From NCBI GenBank assembly GCA_951406725.2, contig OX597838.1, positions 30,938,001 through 31,002,000 of the forward strand: a DNA stretch of 64,000 nt, given 5' to 3'. Below, piece after piece: positions 1-12,932 of the stretch. The notes below the pieces were generated by a model. It searched no databases. It had not been told where the DNA came from and was given only the letters and a program-made list of their open reading frames with translations. Position numbers and translations under genes: made by a program. This stretch comes from Octopus vulgaris. Lineage: Eukaryota. Positions within the stretch are counted from its first letter, which is position 1, and each line of letters starts with the position of its first letter.

Positions 1-400
<400 letters not shown>

Positions 401-599
401 TCTCAAACGTGTTTACAGCCAGCTTACTCATATACAATGTACAGAGCCTTATTACTTTATTCCATGTAAAAGCCATTTCAAACATAGCCATTTTTCTTGA
501 TATTCTAACTTTCTATATTTAACATGCCAGCCATGATTTTTTCTGGAATATATATATGTCAGCCATTTTAATTCTTTCTATATCTAATATTTTCCTTCA

Positions 600-1510
600 A
601 ATTTTCCTTTGTATTTCTTGTCTCTTTTTTTTTGTTTGTTTTCCTTTCTTACATTCTTTTATTCTTCTGCCTTTCTTTTAGTTTTTCATTTATTCATTTT
701 TATCGTTTGTTCATTTATTTGCCTAATCTTTCATTCTTTTTGTTGTTTTATTTTTCGGTCAGACATCTTATTATCTATTTCAGCCTTTCTTCACCGTTTT
801 CCAAGGTTTCAGTTTTCATTTTTCTTTCTTACATTTTCGTTCGTTCGTTCCTACATTCGTTCCTTCTTTCCTTCATTCCTTCCTCTCATTCTCTTACTTT
901 TTCTTTTTCTTTCTTTCTTCTCTCTCGCTTTCTCGTGTCTTTCTTCTTTCCTTCTTTCTTTTTCTTATCTTCCTTCCTTCCTTCCTTCCTTCCTTCCTTC
1001 CTCTCTCTCTTTTTTCGTTCTTACATTTTCGTTCCTTCATTCGTTCGTCCTTCATTCCTTCCTTCTTTCCTTCCTTCCTTCCTTCCTCTCACTCTCTTAC
1101 TTTTTTATTTTTCTTGTTTTCTTCTTTCTTTCCTTTCTTTTTCTTATCTTCCTCGCTTCCTTCCTCTCTCTCTCTCTCTCTCTTTCCTTCTTTCTTTCTT
1201 TCTCTCTTTCTCGTGTCTTTCTTCTTTCCTTCTTTCTTTTTCTTATCTTCCTTCCTTCCTTCCTTCCTTCCTTCCTCTCTCTCTTTTTCTTTCTTTCTTT
1301 CTCTCTTTCTCGTGTCTTTCTTCTTTTTTTCCTTTTTCCTTCTTATTTTTGTTCTTTCCTTCTTTTCTTCTATCCTTCTTTTGTACCTTCTTCGATTATT
1401 CATTTACTTTTTTCCTTTATTTCTTTTCTCGTTCTCTCTTCATCAACTCCCTTTTATGTTTCAGCGAGTTTTTTCATTCTTTCTTTCATCCATTCTTTAT
1501 ATTCTTTCAA
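600..1510. repeat. Long low-complexity polypyrimidine tract, (CTTT)n/(CCTT)n with internal duplications
   Basis: Almost purely C/T; recurring blocks such as tctcgtgtctttcttc. Confidence 0.9.
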
Positions 1511-1610
1511 GTTTATACAGAGCTATAGACATACATGCATGTACGCATGCGTACATAGATATGTGTGCGTGTGTATTTATACGTAGATATGTTTACATAC
1601 ATACGCGCAT

Positions 1611-1643
<33 letters not shown>

Positions 1644-1785
1644 TACACGCACACACACACACATATATATACATACATTTGTACATACACATATGTACAC
1701 ACGTATATATGTCCTGTGTGTGCGTTTATATATATTTATACGTACATATGCTTACCTGCATATAGACACGCACGTATGTGTGTCT

Positions 1786-1855
<70 letters not shown>

Positions 1856-1978
1856 ATATACATTTATACATAGACACAAGTACACACGTGTGTGTGTCTG
1901 AATATATAATGTATGTTTAAATATGTACATGCACATACATGTACTATGTACATATATGTATGTATCTATGTATGTATG

Positions 1979-2012
<34 letters not shown>

Positions 2013-2341
2013 TGTATGTATGTATGTATGCATGTATGTATGTATGTATGTATATGAATACATACACGTTTGAGCATGTGTATATATAAATGTATACATA
2101 CATTTGTATATGTGTTTGTTTTGCTTCGTTATATTTTCTGTATATTTCTCGCATTATAGAAAAATCTTTTCGTTTTTCTTCTTTTTGTCTTCTTTTTTTT
2201 TTTGCATTCTTTCTCGGAATCTGCAGAAGAACCTATTAAACTGACATCTATCTGTATTCACGGCACACATTATCAGAGATAAAAAAAAAAAACAGAAATA
2301 AACCTTCCTAACTAATACATCCACCCTGTATAAAATACCTC

Positions 2342-2441
2342 NNNNNNNNNNNNNNNNNNNNNNNNNNNNNNNNNNNNNNNNNNNNNNNNNNNNNNNNNNN
2401 NNNNNNNNNNNNNNNNNNNNNNNNNNNNNNNNNNNNNNNNN
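2342..2441. other. Assembly gap (100 N)
   Basis: Exactly 100 N, a typical unsized scaffold join. Confidence 0.99.
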
Positions 2442-2631
2442 TTTCAGCCATTAAGACTTTTTCAACTCTAAGTATGGAAAACGATTAAATTTTGGAAAAA
2501 TTTAATTGTTTTCAAATGCTTACAATTGAAAACGTCTCAATGACTGAAACCGGTACTGAAATGTTTTTTATAAAATTATTTTAGCATTTTCTGCCTTGAC
2601 TTTTTTTTTCCATATACACACACACACACAT

Positions 2632-2697
<66 letters not shown>

Positions 2698-3356
2698 GAA
2701 GATAGACACAGAGTTATACATATGAACATTTATGAAAAGAAATTTTCATATATATTTAATACAGTATCAAACATTACAGAGATCAGCTTAATTACAAACA
2801 CACACACACATATATGCATTAATGCATGTGTATGAGTCTGTTATGTGTATACATGTGAAAAGCTGTGTGTATGTATGAATGTGTGTGTTTATGTATGTTT
2901 CAGGATACAACTTTTGGTGCAAAGCAGAATTGGAGCGTGACATCATAGATAGAGTGTCCTAAGGGAGATAATTCTTTCATCAATTTTTTTTCCAGCACAT
3001 AAGCAAATGCTTTCCCCCTTGGTTTTTTTTCCTTTTTTTTTTTTCGTAATACCACCCACCACACATACACATCAGTAGCCTACTGTAACTGAACCACCAC
3101 CTCCACTGTCATAGACATCAGGATCACTTATATCACAGACTCATCCATTTAACTGCTACCCCATCCACCACCACTGCTGTGAGAATATAATCTTTACTTG
3201 TCCAGGGTTGACCTGGGGCTAAATAAGAATACTTTGTTTACCACAAAGTATTTCATGAAGCAAAAATAGAAGCTGTTACATAAATTTCCACACATTCTTG
3301 TTCTTTATTCTTTCAGTTGTTCAGACAATGGACTGTCGCCATGCTGGGGCAACTTG

Positions 3357-3553
3357 TTGTTGTTGTTGTTGTTAAGACGGGTAAGGGTGATTAGGTGATG
3401 GTCAAGGGCTTAGGGTATGGGAGACCCCGGACCTTAAATAAACTTTGGTTGTCCTGTTGTAGTCGAGGGCTCTTCGTTGACGCCTGACACCACTGGGAGG
3501 TGGCCCTCGAAGTTGCTGGAAATGGAGATCTTCCAGGTCCAAATTCTTGAACG
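3357..3553 (-). mobile_element. 5'-truncated non-LTR retroposon 3' end with (AAC)n tail
   Basis: 14-bp TSD GCTGGGGCAACTTG at 3343-3356 and 3554-3567; (TTG)n tract at left end is an (AAC)n tail on the minus strand; interrupts an old SINE fragment. Confidence 0.8.
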
Positions 3554-3579
3554 GCTGGGGCAACTTGAGAGATGAAAAG

Positions 3580-3735
<156 letters not shown>

Positions 3736-4539
3736 ACTGGCTTCTGTATGCTCTCAATCTGCCACCATGTTCCCTCACGGGGCAATTGGTTGACCTAGGG
3801 GGGTTGCAGTAGAAGACACTCGTCTAGAGCTAAGTGAACTGTAACAACATGAAGTGAAGGGTTTTGCTCAAGAACATAATGCACCACCTGGTCCAGGAAT
3901 TGAACACACGATCCCTCAGACACACAGACACACACACACACACATCATTTTTAATGTCCACCTTTCCATGCTTGCATGGGTCAGATGAAATTTATTGTGG
4001 TAAAGCTTCTATGGCCAGATTGCCAGTCCTCTGGCCAACCCTGACCAGTGTCGAAGCAAGGTCAATATTCCCCTCTGCAGCCAGACATGTTTTGGCAGAA
4101 GGTTGGAAACGGAACGACACCAGCGCCTATAACAGGGTACTCTCGTTTACAGCTATCATGTGACGTCAGCACAAAAAGACGTAAACACTCACACACACAT
4201 GCTTGTGTGTGTGTGTGTGCGTGTGTTTGTGTATGTGTGTGTATGTTTGTGGATGTGTGTGCATATATGCATGACAATGATGAAGGACTGTGATGAATGG
4301 TGAGATTCAGAGAGAGGTGTAACACCCATATCAATGAGAGTATGGTCCTAGAATGATGACGAGTGAAATATATGAATGATGATGAATGATACATACAGAT
4401 ACACACACACATACACATATATATATATATATATACACACACGATATATACATATATAAAGAAAGGAAAAAATATAAATAATGAGTGAAAATTGAACTGG
4501 TGAGTGTGTTAGATATTAATGGTGTACAGCTCTACCCAG

Positions 4540-4572
<33 letters not shown>

Positions 4573-4653
4573 TATAGATATACACACACATATGAATATA
4601 TATATATATATACACATGTATATAGGTATATAAATATAGATATAGATACGTAT

Positions 4654-4686
<33 letters not shown>

Positions 4687-5006
4687 AATGTACATATATA
4701 TATATATGTATGTATATGTATGTATATATATATATATATATATATAAATGTACATATATATATATGTATGTATATATATATGTATATAAATATACATATA
4801 TATATGTATATATATATATATATGTATATAAATATACATATATATATATGTATATATATATATATGTATAGAAATATACATATATATATATGTATGCATA
4901 TATATGTATATATATATATATATATATGTATAGAAATATACATATATATATATGTATATAAATATACATATATATATATGTATATAAATATACATATATG
5001 TATGTA

Positions 5007-5039
<33 letters not shown>

Positions 5040-5140
5040 ATATATGTATATAAATATACATATATGTATGTATATATGTATATAAATATACATATATGTA
5101 TGTATATATATGTATATAAATATACAAATATATATGTATG

Positions 5141-5172
<32 letters not shown>

Positions 5173-5300
5173 TACACAGATATACACACATGTATGATGA
5201 TATATATACACACACACACACACACATGTACATATACACACATACATAGATATATAGATACATACATTTAAATGTACACACACACACAAACACACACACA
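4540..5300. repeat. Higher-order (TA)n/(TATG)n microsatellite
   Basis: Recurring gtatataaatatacatatatat-type units. Confidence 0.9.
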
Positions 5301-5480
5301 GAGAGGCTCACACATACATGTGTATCAAAAACGTAGACGTAAACGTATATATATGTATATATACACATAGGCATATACACCCCTGAGGTCTACATAATGA
5401 AAATGATGCTGAACAGTAATAAAATTTAAAAAAAAGGGAAACACCAACAGAAAGAACAAAAACAAAAGGATGATGAATGC

Positions 5481-5522
<42 letters not shown>

Positions 5523-6154
5523 GAGAAATGAAATGACAACCACCACCACCACCACCACCACCACTGCCACCCACTGGGCAGAGAATATGTAATGTAATAT
5601 AAAGACTGATAAAGTTTAAGTCTGAGACAGAAATATTCCTGTGGGGGTGGAGCAGGAAGGGGTGGTGAGTCAGGAAGGAAGGCAGGAAGAAGGAGGGATT
5701 AGACATACAAAAAAAAAAAAATAATAATAATAATGGTTTCGAATTTTGACACATGGCCTGCAATTTTGGGAGTGGGATATGTTCATTAGATCCATCATAG
5801 TACTCAAAAGGTACTTAGTTTACTGACCCCAAAAGGATGAAAGGCCAAGTCGACCTCGATTTGCTCGATTAAAGGTGGTGCGCCAGCATGGCCACAGTCA
5901 AATGACTGAAACAAGTAAAAGAGAGTAAAGAGAGAGAGTTTCAAGACCCATTGTATTGTCCAGTTTCTGCCTCTTAATGTTATCGTATGTCCTTTAACGT
6001 TTATTTATATTAGCCCTTGTGGCCAATAAAAGAATGAACTATATTCTCTTCTATCTTTAAACTAACCAGATCTGGCCTCTCATACCTACCCTAAAATGTC
6101 ATTGTAAAAGTAATCAATCACATCATTGAAATTACAAAAACTATGAAATAATGT

Positions 6155-6470
6155 GTGGAGGTACATGGCCTAGTGGTTAGAGCAGTGGACTCACGGTTGA
6201 GGGATCGCGGGTTCGAATCTCAGACTGGGCGATGTGTGTGTTTATTAGCGAAACACCTAAGCTCCACGTGGCTCCGGAAGAAGGTAATGGCGAACTTCTG
6301 CTGACCCTTTCGCCACAACTTTCTCTAGCTCTTTCCTCCTTCATCTTGCAGCTCACCTGCGATGGACCGGCGTCCTGTCCAGGGGGGGGTTTCCTATACG
6401 CCAAGGAAACAGGGAAACCGGCCCTTATGAGCCAGGCATGGCTTGAGAAGGAACAAACAGACAAACAAAC
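6155..6470 (+). mobile_element. tRNA-derived SINE, family C (tail variant 1)
   Basis: A box TGGCCTAGTGG, B box GGTTCGAATCTC; CCTGCGATGGACCGGCGTCCTGTCCAGGG resembles the V-SINE domain motif; (AAAC)n tail; near-TSD ATGA(A/G)ATAATG. Confidence 0.85.
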
Positions 6471-6669
6471 ATGAGATAATGCATGATTAATTCACAACAG
6501 TGTGAATAATTAAAAATGATGGAATAATTAAAACGAGACCGACAGAATAACCACCAGGTTTAAATAAAAAGTACCAAGGCCAATTCCTTTGATTAAAGAT
6601 TCTTCAGGGTGGGTGCCCCAGCATGGTCACGGTCTAATGACTGAAACAAGTAAAAGGCATTTTTTTTTT

Positions 6670-7052
6670 CCTTTACTTGTTTCAGTCATTTGACTGCGGC
6701 CATGCTGGAGCACCGCCTTTAGTCGAGCAAATCGACCCCAGGACTCATTCTTTGCAAGCCCAGTACTTATTCTATCGGTCTCTTTTGCCGAACCGCTAAG
6801 TGACGGGGACGTAAACACACCAGCATCGGTCGTCAAGCAATGCTAGGGGGACAAACACAGACACACAAACGCATACACACACACACATATATATATACAT
6901 ATATACAACAGGCTTCTTTCAGTTTCCGTCTACCAAATCCACTCACAAGGCATTGGTCGGCCCGGGGCTATAGCAGAAGACACTTGCCCAAGATGCCACG
7001 CAGTGGGACTGAACCCGGAACCATGTGGTTGGTTAGCAAGCTACTTACCACA
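6670..7052 (-). mobile_element. tRNA-derived SINE, family A
   Basis: Near-identical to other family A copies; head slightly truncated. Confidence 0.9.
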
Positions 7053-7121
7053 CATCATTTTTTTCTTTTATCTATTACTTGTTTCAGTCATTACATGGTG
7101 GCCATGTTGGAGCACTACCTA

Positions 7122-7167
<46 letters not shown>

Positions 7168-7725
7168 ATGTGTGTGTGTGCATGTGTGTGTGTGTGTCAC
7201 ATGGACATGAGAAATTCCACATAAAATGAGAAAAAAAATAATCTGTTAGAAGTCACATGAGAAAGGGGTCAGCACAAGGATGTGGTGGGTGGGGCTGGGG
7301 TAGCTGTAGGGGTGGACTATAGCAGGTGAATGGGTGTGGGGCGTGGGGAGGGACAGCTCTAGAATAAATTGGTGGGTGTGGAGAAAGGGCGGGTAGCTGG
7401 GTGGGCGGGGTTTTTTCCCTTTGAAGCACTGCAGGAGATATGGTTGAGAAATTTCCAGGTGAGCTCAAGGGGACCCTTAAAAGGTGAGTGAGGAAAGTAA
7501 CACAAGCAGACACACACACGAGCACTTACATATAAACACATACACACACACACACACACACTCTCTCTCTCTCTCTCTCTCTCCATAGGGTTTTAGGATA
7601 TTAAAAAGATGTAAAATGCTTGTTTTGCCACTTGGGAGAAGAATGTGTATGTGTGTGTATGCACACACGCTTGTGTATGCATCTGTGTGTATATGTGTGT
7701 ATGTGTGTCTATATATGTGCATGTG

Positions 7726-7791
<66 letters not shown>

Positions 7792-7842
7792 AAGACAAAG
7801 AAAGAGACGTATACATATAGATATATATGTGTGTGTTTAGAG

Positions 7843-7887
<45 letters not shown>

Positions 7888-8610
7888 GGTGTGTATATGT
7901 GTGTTCATATGTAGTGATGTATGGATATTTTTTAATAATATATATGTATGTTGTGATGAGGACATGTATATATAAAGTATATATTAGGCTTGTATATACA
8001 CGTATATACACACACATGCACATATATATAAATACATATGCACACATAAATACATGCTTGTATACACACACATATATATAAATGCATACACACACACACA
8101 CAAAGTGTATATACATTAATGCAGATACATACAGAGATGTATACACACATACAAACGCATACAGACATAAATGTATATACACACATACTCATACACACAC
8201 AAGCGTATATACATTAATGCAGATACATAGATGTGTACACACACACACACACATTAATGCAGACACATACATGCGGATACAGAAATATATGTACATACAT
8301 ATGCACACATATATTCCCATACACATACGCACACACACACACAAGCGTATATATATTAATGCAGATACAGAAATATATGTACACAGATACACACACATAT
8401 ATTCCCATACACACACACACACACATAAAAGAGATGGCTGTAGGGCTTTAGCTAGTTGAAAAGGAACAGAGTGGAAGATCAATCACATTAGGGAGGGGTT
8501 AGTTTTAGGGGTTCAGTGAGGTGGCAGTGGTGGATTTTGGTGGACATTCATTTGGACAGGTGGTTTATGAGGTGGTGGTGGTAGTTGTAGTAGTAGTAGT
8601 GATAGTGGTG

Positions 8611-8645
<35 letters not shown>

Positions 8646-8907
8646 TGTAGTAGTAGAGCCAGCCAAGCAAGCAGCCAACCAGACATTCCCACCCACCCAC
8701 CCACTTAGTCACCCAACAATAAAACTTGATCTAAAAGGGGAAAATAACCACACACACATACACACACACATATACGTATATATTCACACATATATATACA
8801 CCTGGAGACACACCTACTTGCAATAAAATTACTTGGTCTGTGATGAAAAAAAAGTTCACAGCCAGGTCAGCTGTTTGTTTATTGTTGTTGTTGTTGCCTT
8901 GTATATA

Positions 8908-9312
8908 CTCTTTACTCTTTTACTTGTTTCAGTCATTTGACTGCGGCCATGCTGGAGCACCGCCTTTAATCTAGCAAATCGACCCCAGGACTTATTCTTT
9001 TGTAAGCCCAGTACTTATTCTATCGGTCTCTTTTGCCAAACTGCTAAGTGACGGCGACATAAACACACCAGCATCGGTTGTCAAGCAATGCTAGGGGGAC
9101 AAACACAGACACACAAACACATACACACATATATACATATACATATATACGACGGGCTTCTTTCAGTTTCCGTCTACCAAATCCACTCACAAGGCATTGG
9201 TCGGCCCGAGGCTATAGTAGAAGACACTTGCCCAAGGTGCCACGCAGTGGGACTGAACCCGGAACCATGTGGTTGGTTAGCAAGCTACTTACCACACAGC
9301 CACTCCTGCACC
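8908..9312 (-). mobile_element. tRNA-derived SINE, family A (full length)
   Basis: A/B boxes, CORE-like CCTTGGGCAAGTG, internal TA/TG microsatellite, (GTAAAAGA)n tail. Confidence 0.92.
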
Positions 9313-10429
9313 TATATGTATTTTCTTTTTTTTTTATCTTTTATTTGTTTCAGTCATTAGACTGTGGCCATGCTGGGGCACCGACTTCAAGTGTTTAGTC
9401 AAAGGAATTAACCTTACTTACAGGGATTGTCTTTTGCTTTTTTTTTTTTTGCTTGGTACCTATTCTGTCTGACCCTTTTGCCAAACTGCTAAGTTACAGG
9501 AACATAAACACACCAACACTGGTTGTCAAGCAGTAATGCAGGGGGGACAAACAGACACAGAAAAGGCTCGCTCAACCAGCTAGAAATAGCAGCCAAATCT
9601 TTCTTCCCTCATACATCACCTTCAGAATGGACATGCTATATATAATACGAGTTTCAGTTTCTTGCACTTAGGAAAAAGTTGAGATGGTCATGGTTGGAAT
9701 GCTTCTGATCATATGTGCACTGAGTCTGACAGAGACCTTTACAACAACATCAATAACATTTGGTTCAGAAGGAGCCAATGAAGGAGAGCCTTAATTTGTT
9801 AGAAATAACAGCCAAAATCTCCAGTAAATCAACTCACAAAGGCACTCTCTATAGGTTGGCAGGAGCTAGAAATAACAGCCAGATCTTTCTCAGATCTCAA
9901 TTTTTCTATTCTAAACACAGTCGTTTTGTAATCACATGATTTTCAGTTCAGTTCCACTGTGCTGTTTACCTACCCATCTATCTACCTGTCAATCTATCTA
10001 CCTACCCATCTAGCCACAATGAGTGTTTTTTGCATGACATTATTGCCCAAAGTTACCATGGTCTTTTCCAAAGGCTTTTCTTTCCACAGTTAAACCTAAT
10101 CTGTTTCCCCTTTATACATTGACATTTCCGTGATACATGACCCCTATTGATCGGCCTTTTTTTTTTCACGATTCCTTTTGATTGAAATTCTCCCCTCCCT
10201 TTTTTTTTTCTTCTTCCCAAAAAGAAAAGCTCTACTTTGTATTTCGTCCCCTCTGTGTTCAGCCCTGTGTAGCCAATAAAGAAGCATATCTAGCCATCCA
10301 CCTATAGAATAAGTACTAGGCTTACAAAGAATAAGTCCTGGGTTCGATTTTCTCAAGTAAAGGCAGTGCTCCAGCATGACCACAGTCAAATGACTGAAAC
10401 AAGTAAAAAAAATAAAAGAATATCTTTCT

Positions 10430-10465
<36 letters not shown>

Positions 10466-10470
<5 letters not shown>

Positions 10471-10609
10471 AGAGTAAAGAACACTAAGTGGATTCCTTGT
10501 ATGCTGAAGATAGATGCCAAATCGGCCTAGCAAGAAAAATGTGTCTAGGACGATTTGGTGTGTATCTTCAGCATACAAGGAATCCACTTAGTGGTCTTTC
10601 ATCTTATTT
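10466..10609. repeat. Long palindrome / hairpin element next to (TA)n
   Basis: Perfect 31-bp arms 10482-10512 and 10563-10593, extended imperfectly inward and outward. Confidence 0.9.
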
Positions 10610-10702
10610 ATATATTTGAATATAATTTGCAGTCCTCACGTTTTTTACATATGCGATCAAATGGTTTACATTAGTATTATTTAATAATATTAATTTCTAT
10701 CC

Positions 10703-11163
10703 ACTGGCATGTGAAATGCACCCACTACACTCTTGGAGTGGTTGACGTCAGGAAGGGCATCCAGCTGTAGAAACTTTGCCAGATCAGATTGGAGCCTGGA
10801 GCAGCCTTCTGACTTGCCAGCCTTCTGACTTGCCAGCCCTCAGTCAAACCTATTTCTTTACTACACACAAGGGGCTAAACACAGAGGAGACAAACAAGGA
10901 CAGACAGACGGATTAAGTCGATTATATCGACCCCAGTGCGTAACTGGTACTTATTTAATCGACCTCCGAAAGGATGAAAGGCAAAGTCGACCTCAGCGGA
11001 ATTTGAACTCAGAACGTAACGGCAGACGAAATACGGCTACGCATTTCGCCCGGCGTGCTAACGTTTCTGCCAGCTCGCCGCCTTAGTCAAGCCCTCAGTC
11101 AAACCGTCCAACCCATGCCAGCATGGAAGGCGGATGTTAAACGATGACGATGATGATGATGAT
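10703..11163 (+). mobile_element. RTE-related short element, family D (3' part), interrupted by a family B SINE
   Basis: GGAAGGGCATCCAGCTGTAGAAAC motif, CATGCCAGCATGG and (GAT)n tail. Confidence 0.8.
10851..11084 (-). mobile_element. tRNA-derived SINE, family B (monomer)
   Basis: Head GGCGGCGAGCTGGCAG, B box GAGTTCAAATTCC; 16-bp TSD AGCCCTCAGTCAAACC at 10835-10850 and 11090-11105. Confidence 0.92.
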
Positions 11164-11452
11164 ACATATATAGTTTATAGATCCAATTGAGGTAGAATCA
11201 ATAAAAAAGTCCTCCATCCAATGAGAGATAAATATCAATTTAATACACAACCGAAACAGCTAGTAATGGTTTTATGCTTTTATGACACTTGAACAGGCAT
11301 ATTTCAAAAACATGTCCACTTAAAGTGTCATAAAAGCATGGGACTAATGGTAACTCCTTCGGTTTGCATGCTAACTTAATAATACATCAACAACAACATT
11401 AATAAGGATTATTGCATAGTAGCATATTAACTGTTGAATAACCTATTTTGAA

Positions 11453-11818
11453 TATCGAAATCGAAATCGAATTGAACCAGCCAGGATCCCTGGTCTGGTG
11501 GTACGTAAAAAGCACTATCCGACTCGTGGCCGATGCCAGCACCGCCTCGACTGGCTTCCGTGCCGGTGGCACATAAAATACACCAATCTGACCGTGGCCG
11601 TTGCCAGCCTCGCCTGGCACCTGTGCAGGTGGCACGTAAAAGCACCCACTACACTCACGGAGTGGTTGGCGTTAGGAAGGGCATCCAGCTGTAGAAACAT
11701 TGCCAGATTAGACTGGAGCCTGGTGCAGCCTTCTGGCTCCCAGAACCCCGGTCGAACCGTCCAACCCATGCTAGCATGGAGAACGGACGTTAAACGATGA
11801 TGATGATGATGATGATGA
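11453..11818 (+). mobile_element. Family D element with 5' tandem structured subrepeats
   Basis: Three ...GGTGG(C/T)AC(G/A)TAAAA... units, then family D body and (GAT)n tail. Confidence 0.85.
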
Positions 11819-12901
11819 GTGCAAACCGGTAAATGTTTGGTGTAATCCCTTACTATTTACAAAGATATAATATACACAGGTAAGGGGGGCCCCGAAAGGA
11901 GTCTCAGGGAGTAGTGGTTTCGATTCCCAGACCAGGCATTGTGAGTATTTATTGAGCAAAAACACCTAAGCTCCACGAGGCTCCAGCGGTGGTGGGGTTG
12001 AACCCTGCCGTACTCTTTCACCACAACTTTTTCTCACTCTTTCTTCCTACTTCTGCCACAAAGCAGAGGAACCATGGTGTAACCCACTATGGTGTGGTAA
12101 AACTTTCAGACCCTAGTCTAGATTGTGAATCCTCATTACCCCAGGATGGTTCAGCTCTCCACCCGTTAAAAGCCACCGTTTACGGAATGAGGATAACAAT
12201 GTAGCCTTCGTGCCCGTGCAACCGCCAGTCTATCACGTATGGTGGGTGGATCTTCAAGGTTCCACACGCATTCTTAGTAGCTTAGAGTAGGCTCGAATTA
12301 GAGATTATTGTTTGTGGCTAATGGCGTGAGTCCTGATTGGAAGAAGAAAAAGAAGAAGAAGAAGAAGAAGAAGAAGAAGAAGAAGAAGAAGAAGGAGGAG
12401 GAGGAGGAGGGGGAGTAGAAGAAGAAGAAGAACAACAACCATGTTCAGGTTAATACTCCCACAAAGAAACTCGAATTTTCCAATTGTTCAATCAGCTGAA
12501 GATCCAACCCATTAAAATTAATGCATATGTGGCCGAGTATTCCACAGACAGGAGTAACTTTGATCACCCCCACTGTACCCCTACACGACACTCCTCCAAC
12601 TACACACCACAGAAATTAATCACAACTCCTTCGAACTTCCATAGTCATGCTGTACACGATTCTTATTAAAGTCCCAAAATTGACTTGTTCCGTCTTAGAA
12701 GAGAATTTTCTGTGAGGGGCCAGACTGAACACCACAACATCACATGCTCTCAATGACCTTTCTTTCCATTATGGCCATAGTTTCTCTTAGCAAAAAAAAA
12801 AAGAAACAAAAAAAACAACAAAAAGTAAAAAGAAAAAAAAAAAGAAGCAAAATAAAAACTACAACCAACCAAAGAAACTAAACTGCACCTGAATGGATGG
12901 A

Positions 12902-12932
<31 letters not shown>

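Noticed and set aside
609-1586. 325-aa F/L/S-rich ORF
   Set aside because: Stop-free only because the DNA is a polypyrimidine tract
3402-3570. Exon-like minus-strand frame with furin-like RRQRR/ALDY (TGF-beta-like look)
   Set aside because: Lies wholly inside a TSD-flanked, (AAC)n-tailed insert; no cysteine pattern; weak splice sites
6155-6230. tRNA genes at SINE heads
   Set aside because: A/B boxes present but each continues into a repeated SINE body; no proper cloverleaf or terminator seen
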